The position numbers and the translations under genes are program-made. Below, in pieces: positions 58,209 to 64,000 of a DNA stretch of 64,000 nucleotides. This stretch comes from an uncultured Pseudomonadales bacterium (lineage in GTDB: Bacteria > Patescibacteriota > Microgenomatia > UBA1400 > PJMF01). How positions within the stretch are numbered: position 1 is the stretch's first letter; the number at the start of each line of letters is the position of its first letter. The stretch lies in contig CAZSJW010000001.1 in assembly GCA_964607285.1 (NCBI GenBank), positions 66,514 through 130,513 on the forward strand, given 5' to 3'. Below the pieces are notes generated by a model. The model searched no databases, had not been told where the DNA came from, and was given only the letters and a program-made list of their open reading frames with translations.

Positions 58209-59216
58209 ATGAAGTATGCTCAGAGTCATCGTTCACTAGGTAGTGCATTAGCGCATCTGTTTCACCCACGCCGCTCCAACAACCACAGGGCGCGTATTTT
58301 GCATCCTGAGGGATATGTCGTGCTCGGTGCTCTTGCTGTTCTTTGCTTTGGATTGATAAGTTATCCCACAGCAGTCCAACGTGATATGGGTCTGGTACTT
58401 GGGTATGCTTCAGATATTTCAGTGGATCAGGTCGTTGCCCAAACAAATACACAGAGGCGTACAGCAGGGTTAGGTGCAGTTGTGTTCAACCAACAGCTAG
58501 CCCAAGCGGCTCAAGCAAAAGCTAAAGATATGTTTGCAAAGCAGTACTGGGCACACACTTCACCAGCGGGCAGAGAGCCATGGGACTTTATGAAGGATGT
58601 GGGGTACACCTATAGACGTGCGGGTGAAAATCTGGCACGTGACTTTATGGTTACACCAGAAATGATTGATGCTTGGATGGCATCTCCAACACACAGAGCC
58701 AATATACTAAACGGTGGATTCAGTGAAATTGGGGTGGCAGTAGTAAATGGTTCGTTAGAAGGAGTAGAGACAACCTTGGTAGTTCAAATGTTTGGTGCGC
58801 CTCCTGCTGTGGAGCGTGTAGCACAAATTGTCCCCGCTGGGCAAGTTTTAGTTGAACCAGCTGATCCCAGAGAAGAGTCAACTATACCTCAACCCGAGAC
58901 GATTGCACTAGTGCAAAACGTTCCCGAAAGCCCTGAAATAAGGGAAGTACAAAACCAGCAACTTCCAGCTGTCTTAGCTGGCCAAGCAGTGCCTGTGGGT
59001 TCAGTCGAGTCTAGAATTATATATTCACCATTGCATATGGCAAAAGCTGCAGCTTTAGCTATAGTTATTTTGATCATTTCCGCTTTAGCATATGATGGAT
59101 TTGCAGCATATTCTAACAGGACCGTGCGCTTGGTAGGTAAAAACATGGCACATATTTGTTTGTTTCTCACGGTAGCATTCATCTTAGTGTATTTTAAGGG
59201 AGGGATGATTCAATAA
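58209..59216 (+). CDS. CAP/SCP (PR-1-like) domain protein with a C-terminal membrane anchor
   Basis: N-terminal TM. CAP core: RRTAGLGAVVFNQQLAQAAQAKAKDM, GHTS-like HTSPAG, and YTYRRAGENLA. C-terminal hydrophobic segments. Confidence 0.6.
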   Translation: MKYAQSHRSLGSALAHLFHPRRSNNHRARILHPEGYVVLGALAVLCFGLISYPTAVQRDMGLVLGYASDISVDQVVAQTNTQRRTAGLGAVVFNQQLAQAAQAKAKDMFAKQYWAHTSPAGREPWDFMKDVGYTYRRAGENLARDFMVTPEMIDAWMASPTHRANILNGGFSEIGVAVVNGSLEGVETTLVVQMFGAPPAVERVAQIVPAGQVLVEPADPREESTIPQPETIALVQNVPESPEIREVQNQQLPAVLAGQAVPVGSVESRIIYSPLHMAKAAALAIVILIISALAYDGFAAYSNRTVRLVGKNMAHICLFLTVAFILVYFKGGMIQ

Positions 59217-59222
59217 ATAGCT

Positions 59223-59480
59223 ATGAAGCGTGAAGTTATTTTGCATCCACTAGCGTACGTTGTGCTTATCGGTGGCTTAGTCACAAGCATTGGCTATACA
59301 TTTACTGTATGGCCAGATACACAACTGCTTCGTCTTGGATTTGTGGCACTTGGGATTGGGTATGTGCTCTGGGGTATTAGTGTGCATGCTCGTACGAAGG
59401 ATTTAACCATGAACATTACTCTGGAATACTTTGGAGCAGCACTCCTAGCTGTAACGCTTCTTTGTCTGCTCACAATATAA
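59223..59480 (+). CDS. Small 2-3 TM membrane protein
   Basis: 85 aa, hydrophobic throughout. Confidence 0.35.
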   Translation: MKREVILHPLAYVVLIGGLVTSIGYTFTVWPDTQLLRLGFVALGIGYVLWGISVHARTKDLTMNITLEYFGAALLAVTLLCLLTI

Positions 59481-59540
59481 CAGTGAGATATGGTATAGAA
59501 TAGATGAACTTTATATGAGCAAAACTATCTGAAAGGCAGT

Positions 59541-60260
59541 ATGAAAGGTATTATTCTTGCAGGTGGGTCAGGCACAAGGCTCAGGCCATTGACCAAAGTG
59601 ACCAGTAAGCAGCTGTTGCCAATCTATAACAAACCAATGATTTACTATCCGCTGCAGACTCTCTTGACTGCAGGGATTACTGATATTCTGATAATTGTAG
59701 CACCAGATCATGCTGGTGATTTTCTTAAGCTACTTGGAAGTGGCAAGGAGTTTGGTTGCAAGTTTACGTATGAGATTCAAGATAAGCCAGAAGGTTTAGC
59801 ACAAGCCTTTCGCATCGGTGCAAACTTTATTGGTGAAGATGCAGTAACCTTGGTTTTGGGTGATAACGTCTTTGAAGATACATTTGCAAGTGATATTACT
59901 TCATTTAAATCTGGAGGTAGGATTTTTGCTAAGGAAGTGTCAGACCCAGAGCGTTTTGGTGTAGTGGAGTTTGATGAAAACAATCAAGCTATCTCTATTG
60001 AAGAAAAACCCGAGTCACCAAAGTCATCATTTGCCGTCACTGGATTGTACATTTACGATAACTCAGTTGTTGAAAAGGTACGGAACTTACAACCATCAGC
60101 ACGTGGTGAGCTTGAAATTACTGATTTAAACAACTTGTATTTACAAGAGGGTACTTTGGATGTTGCTTTTGTTCGAGGAAAGTGGCTTGATACTGGCACT
60201 TTTGAGTCTTTGTATGAAGCAATCATGTTTGCTCGAGACAAAGAACTCGGATTGATTTAA
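59541..60260 (+). CDS. Sugar-1-phosphate nucleotidyltransferase (glucose-1-phosphate thymidylyltransferase-like, short form)
   Basis: [38 protein letters not shown] is the canonical G-x-G-T-R-L signature of RmlA/GalU-type enzymes. The length is 239 aa. Confidence 0.75.
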   Translation: MKGIILAGGSGTRLRPLTKVTSKQLLPIYNKPMIYYPLQTLLTAGITDILIIVAPDHAGDFLKLLGSGKEFGCKFTYEIQDKPEGLAQAFRIGANFIGEDAVTLVLGDNVFEDTFASDITSFKSGGRIFAKEVSDPERFGVVEFDENNQAISIEEKPESPKSSFAVTGLYIYDNSVVEKVRNLQPSARGELEITDLNNLYLQEGTLDVAFVRGKWLDTGTFESLYEAIMFARDKELGLI

Positions 60261-60285
60261 GCTGCGTTCTTGTACATACTGTACT

Positions 60286-61158
60286 GTGCACATGTTAAAG
60301 AACATAGTCTTGTCATTCAGTATCCTTTTTTTGCTTAGTGCTACGGTACTTAGTGTTTCTGCTCAGTCACCCGAGGCTCAGGTTGATGTAGTAGTACTTG
60401 ATGCAACGATTTCCAGTGTGCAAAGGAAAGCTCAGGCTTCAGCGACAATTGCTGAGTTGCGGGGGTTGTACAAATCGCAGATTGAAGTATATCGAACCTC
60501 AGAGCAGCAATACAACATTGCAAAGGAGCAGCACGCTCGTTTGCAGACACTCTCATCACTTGAAGAGGCGGTTAGGGCTACACGAGAGGCTTTACTAAAT
60601 CGTTCAAGAGTCCTTGTTACTTACACTCAACTTATTACGGTGACACTTGAAGATATTCCTGGCGTAGATTTGGCACAAAAACAGCGTGCTTTAGTGCGTT
60701 TGGAAAATGTTGAAGAAAAATTATTAAAACACCAGGATGCGATATTAAACACACAGACGAGAGAGCAAATAGCTGTACAAGCCGACGTGTTTGCTGCTAT
60801 GCAGAAAGAACTAGAGGCCGCCTTGTATCTCGGGTTAGCACTTATTTCACAGGGTAATGTGCAGACAGTGTATGACCAAGCACTCATTGTTCATAGGGAC
60901 ATACAGAATTTTCACTTGACAGCAACTGCTAGTGCACTTGTGGATGCAGAGCGTCAACGGGCACATGCAGAAACTACCCGAAATTTTGGGTTAATCAGTG
61001 AACAACTTAGCACCATACTAGTAGCTGTAGTGGGGCAATCTGAGGAGTTTGATGCATACAATAAAAGTACCTTCGGTCGCATGCTCGACGACTTGGAAGC
61101 TCCATATATTGCCCTGACGCAATTGATTGGGTATCTTGAGGAATTAACCAGGTTATAA
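60286..61158 (+). CDS. Secreted coiled-coil hypothetical protein
   Basis: Signal peptide LSFSILFLLSATVLSVSA-QS. The rest is predicted helical and Q/E/A/L-rich. Confidence 0.4.
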   Translation: MHMLKNIVLSFSILFLLSATVLSVSAQSPEAQVDVVVLDATISSVQRKAQASATIAELRGLYKSQIEVYRTSEQQYNIAKEQHARLQTLSSLEEAVRATREALLNRSRVLVTYTQLITVTLEDIPGVDLAQKQRALVRLENVEEKLLKHQDAILNTQTREQIAVQADVFAAMQKELEAALYLGLALISQGNVQTVYDQALIVHRDIQNFHLTATASALVDAERQRAHAETTRNFGLISEQLSTILVAVVGQSEEFDAYNKSTFGRMLDDLEAPYIALTQLIGYLEELTRL

Positions 61159-61181
61159 AGTAACCTTTTTTGTAAAAGAAT

Positions 61182-61571
61182 ATGACAGAAGAAGAAACAG
61201 TACTAACCAATCAAACACAATTCTCGTATGAGGAACCGTATAGACAATCTGCCAAAGAGCGTTTTACTACTGAAAAAAGCGAGTTAGTGCAAAAGTCCCG
61301 ACCTCGTCCCATCATGTATATTGCCGTAGGTTTGGTAGTCACTGTTGTGCTACTTCTTTTATTAGTACTTTTGAAGAGAAAACCTGTAGTAATTGAAAAC
61401 GCTCCGTTTCAACAAGCAATTACGGCTACACCAGTACCCGCAGAGTTTAACCCACTACTCGAACGAGTATCCAGGTTGGAGATTGAGTTGGAAGAAGCAG
61501 ACCCGATCAAGCAATCGTTACTTTTTCCTCCCGTCGACATGGATATTCGTTTAGATCCAAAAAAACGATAG
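61182..61571 (+). CDS. Single-pass membrane protein, function unknown
   Basis: 129 aa. Central TM IMYIAVGLVVTVVLLLLLVLL. Confidence 0.35.
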   Translation: MTEEETVLTNQTQFSYEEPYRQSAKERFTTEKSELVQKSRPRPIMYIAVGLVVTVVLLLLLVLLKRKPVVIENAPFQQAITATPVPAEFNPLLERVSRLEIELEEADPIKQSLLFPPVDMDIRLDPKKR

Positions 61572-61632
61572 ATATCCTTACCTGTATTTGCTGCCCGACA
61601 GTATTTGTTCATCTGATACAATTACAACATAT

Positions 61633-62187
61633 ATGCCATATTCATTTTCTGAATTTCATGCAAAAGCTAAAAAAGCAATCGAGCATGTCCAGCGCGATAT
61701 AAGTACGCTAAGGACTGGCCGAGCTGCGGTACAAATGTTAGACTCTGTGCATGTTGAGGCCTATGGAACAACAATGCAGCTTGTTGAAGTTGCCTCAGTA
61801 CAGGCACCAGACCCATCACTTTTGGTAGTTTCTCCATGGGATAAAGGTTTGTTGTCTGCAGTGGAAAAAGGTATACAGGCTGCAGGATTAAATGTTAATC
61901 CTGTGGTTGATGGTGACATTGTTCGAATTGCAGTGCCTCCACTTACTGAGGAGACACGCAAGGAAATGGTAAAACAGCTGTACAAGAAAATCGAAGCAGG
62001 AAGGGTCATGCTCCGTGCTGTGCGGACGGATTGTAAGAAAGACATAGATGATTTAGCAGGAATGGATGGTGTCTCAGAAGATGACATTTCCCGTGACTTG
62101 AAATCACTTGAAGAAGAACTGAAGGTGTACATGGCTCAGCTCGATGAAATTCTAGCTCGAAAAGAAAAAGATTTACTCGCCGTCTAA
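61633..62187 (+). CDS. frr: Ribosome recycling factor
   Basis: LRTGRAAVQMLDSVHVEAYGTTMQLVEVASV, VSPWDKGLLSAVEKGIQAAGLNVNP, IRIAVPPLTEETRKEMVK. Full-length collinear similarity to RRF. The ORF is open from 61588. Confidence 0.85.
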   Translation: MPYSFSEFHAKAKKAIEHVQRDISTLRTGRAAVQMLDSVHVEAYGTTMQLVEVASVQAPDPSLLVVSPWDKGLLSAVEKGIQAAGLNVNPVVDGDIVRIAVPPLTEETRKEMVKQLYKKIEAGRVMLRAVRTDCKKDIDDLAGMDGVSEDDISRDLKSLEEELKVYMAQLDEILARKEKDLLAV

Positions 62188-62245
62188 TTACTATGAATAC
62201 AGAGCAACATACTATTGCTGGTGTATATACACTTTTGAGGATTTC

Positions 62246-63382
62246 ATGTCGGTTTTGATTTTTATTCTAATACTATCTTTTTTAGTGCTTATTCATGAGC
62301 TGGGGCATTTTATAGTGGCTCGAAGAGCAGGTATTACTGTTGAAGAGTTTGGAATTGGGTACCCACCACTAGCAATGAAGCTATTTACCTGGAAAGGAAC
62401 AGTTTTCTCGTTAAACTGGATTCCGTTTGGTGGCTTTGTTCGCATGGCTGGGGAGGAAAGTGAAGCGGAAGACGAAGAGCAAGTTAGCAAAGGTAAAAAA
62501 TTATCCACTGGTCAATTCTACCAAGCTAGCAGTTTAAAAAAATTGGCGGTTATTCTGGCTGGTGCAGCAGTTAACTTCATGTTTGGTGTAGTTGCATTTT
62601 CCATTGTCTTTTCTATCCTGGGTATTCCAAAAGAACTCACAACAGCTAGGATAGGGGCTGTTGCACCTGAATCCCCAGCAGCAGAAGCAGGGCTACCAGC
62701 AGGTGTTGAGGTTATTGCGGTAACTTCAGAAAATGGTGAAGTGACATCCATTAGTACTAGTCAGCAACTAATTACTGTTATTACAGAGTATCGTGGACAA
62801 ACAGTCACACTCACAACCACTGGCCCGTGTCAACATACTGTCTGTGCTGAGTCAGCACAAACTTTTTCCGTGTATTTGCGAACTGAAGCAGAAACACCGC
62901 AGAACCAAGGCGCTTTGGGAATAGTATTTGAGTCGATGATTTTCCAACACTATCCTTGGTGGCAGATGCCTTTTCGTAGTGTCTGGTATGGAATTGATCA
63001 GGCACTATCTTTAGGTCAGCAAATACTAATGGCTTTGGGATCAATAGTTACGGATGTTTTTAGATCAGGTAGTGTGCCTGATGAGTTGGCAGGACCTGTT
63101 GGTATTGTGCATCAGGCCCAAAGTAGTGGATTGTTCTCTGAAGGTCCACTTGCATTGCTCTCCTTTGCTGGCATGTTGTCTGTCAATTTGGCTATTATGA
63201 ATGTATTACCCATACCACCACTAGATGGTGGGAGAGCTCTTCTGCTACTATTAGAGCCATTAATTTCTAAACAAAAGCGTTTGAAAATTGAGTACTATGC
63301 AAACTATAGCGGGTATGTGCTATTGTTAGGCTTGATTATCTTCATAACGTTTCGAGATATATCAAGAGTATTTTTAGGATAA
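62246..63382 (+). CDS. rseP: RIP zinc metalloprotease (site-2 protease, M50 family)
   Basis: HELGHFIVAR (HExxH) in TM1. PDZ-like middle section. C-terminal NVLPIPPLDGGR motif (LDG). Confidence 0.8.
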   Translation: MSVLIFILILSFLVLIHELGHFIVARRAGITVEEFGIGYPPLAMKLFTWKGTVFSLNWIPFGGFVRMAGEESEAEDEEQVSKGKKLSTGQFYQASSLKKLAVILAGAAVNFMFGVVAFSIVFSILGIPKELTTARIGAVAPESPAAEAGLPAGVEVIAVTSENGEVTSISTSQQLITVITEYRGQTVTLTTTGPCQHTVCAESAQTFSVYLRTEAETPQNQGALGIVFESMIFQHYPWWQMPFRSVWYGIDQALSLGQQILMALGSIVTDVFRSGSVPDELAGPVGIVHQAQSSGLFSEGPLALLSFAGMLSVNLAIMNVLPIPPLDGGRALLLLLEPLISKQKRLKIEYYANYSGYVLLLGLIIFITFRDISRVFLG

Positions 63383-63388
63383 AAGCCT

Positions 63389-63643
63389 ATGAGTGCTAAG
63401 CGTAAAAAAACTAAGGCGGAAAAACAGAAGGCAATGGCAAAATGGAAGCAAAGGATTGTTTCGCTAGAGGTACCAGAGGTAATAAACGTTGGTACTAGAA
63501 GTAATTCAAGTCAGACTTCTGATTCTGTCATTTTCGATCAAAATCAGGTACGCTTAGTATATAAAGATATTAGAACAAGCCTCATAGCTACGATATTTGT
63601 TGCCTGTATGTTGGCAGGCACGTATGTTATGATGCGTTTTTGA
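63389..63643 (+). CDS. Small protein with a lysine-rich N-terminus and a C-terminal TM helix
   Basis: MSAKRKKTKAEKQKAMAKWKQR.. then LIATIFVACMLAGTYVMM. Confidence 0.3.
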   Translation: MSAKRKKTKAEKQKAMAKWKQRIVSLEVPEVINVGTRSNSSQTSDSVIFDQNQVRLVYKDIRTSLIATIFVACMLAGTYVMMRF

Positions 63644-63669
63644 TGTGTGTATAAGGAGATGCACTGCCT

Positions 63670-64000
63670 ATGCAAAAAAAAGGTTTATTACTAGTTTTAG
63701 GATTGTATGTGGTTTCAACACTCATTTCCTATTCAGCGTTTTCTGCTTTGAATAAGTCTGATGGGAGTACTTCACTAGGCGAACAACTCGAACAAGAGGA
63801 ATTAGAAGAAGGAGAAACATTGCTTGCTGCTTTACTTCAAATTGATCCTTCTGAACCTAAAGATCAGCCTTGCCCGCTAAATGGTCAGTTGTATACTCAA
63901 ACTGAGAAATCCGCTTGGGAGAAACGAAGACCGCTAGCTGTAATGATTGAAAACTCTCCAGACGCTAGACCACAGTCTGGTATGGGGAGAGCAGATGTTG
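63670..64000 (+). CDS. DUF3048-family (YerB-like) secreted/lipoprotein, 5' part. It continues beyond the window.
   Basis: Signal peptide MQKKGLLLVLGLYVVSTLIS. The diagnostic block is RPLAVMIENSPDARPQSGMGRADV. Confidence 0.5.
   Translation, partial: MQKKGLLLVLGLYVVSTLISYSAFSALNKSDGSTSLGEQLEQEELEEGETLLAALLQIDPSEPKDQPCPLNGQLYTQTEKSAWEKRRPLAVMIENSPDARPQSGMGRADV

Overview
The window reads as a compact bacterial chromosome segment with a small-genome, Gram-positive-like character. It has many very large secreted or S/T-rich surface proteins, GT-C glycosyltransferases and an F-type ATP synthase, at moderate GC. A Patescibacteria/Saccharibacteria-like origin is only a guess. I found no CRISPR arrays, transposases or integrases.

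From left to right the window contains:
- **1-6.2 kb:** six minus-strand membrane glycosylation genes: a PMT-like GT39, a UbiA-type polyprenyl-phosphate phosphoribosyltransferase-like gene, a WecA/MraY-like GT4, a second GT-C and a GT2.
- **6.3-12.9 kb:** housekeeping genes: tatD, metG, rmuC, an ATP-grasp enzyme and an alpha/beta hydrolase.
- **12.9-19.5 kb:** a cell-surface cluster that resembles the Firmicutes csc/WxL clusters. It has two paralogous S/T-rich secreted proteins that share a C-terminal motif. It also has three DUF916/DUF3324-like proteins with a signal peptide and a C-terminal TM plus basic tail. One of these three is a tandem duplicate broken by frameshifts.
- **19.5-24.7 kb:** an unusual F1Fo ATP synthase locus. 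atpC is truncated, inverted and overlaps atpD convergently. The c subunit has Asn where the ion-binding carboxylate normally sits. No subunit a gene lies upstream.
- **24.7-42.2 kb:** a roughly 17 kb run of giant surface proteins. Two are paralogs of 1114 and 1311 aa with repeated RWRDDDGSE modules. One is a 1162-aa fusion of a GSDH beta-propeller, a PKD domain and two LamG domains. One is a 919-aa convergent surface protein that shares an N-terminal domain with the csc-like proteins.
- **42.2-50.4 kb:** a LytR_C protein, two NUDIX hydrolases, an NHL-repeat protein, a metallophosphoesterase, a purF-like gene, a methyltransferase, and an ArsR plus thioredoxin-like pair.
- **50.4-53.6 kb:** a carotenoid cluster: crtI, crtB and a fused lycopene-cyclase-domain gene.
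- **53.6-56.3 kb:** a low-GC islet of uncharacterized genes next to tRNA-Glu(CUC).
- **56.4-64.0 kb:** a TasA-like protein with a SipW-type signal peptide, a CAP-domain protein, an rmlA-like gene, frr, rseP and a partial DUF3048 gene.

All calls come from reading the sequence and the supplied translations. No database searches were run.
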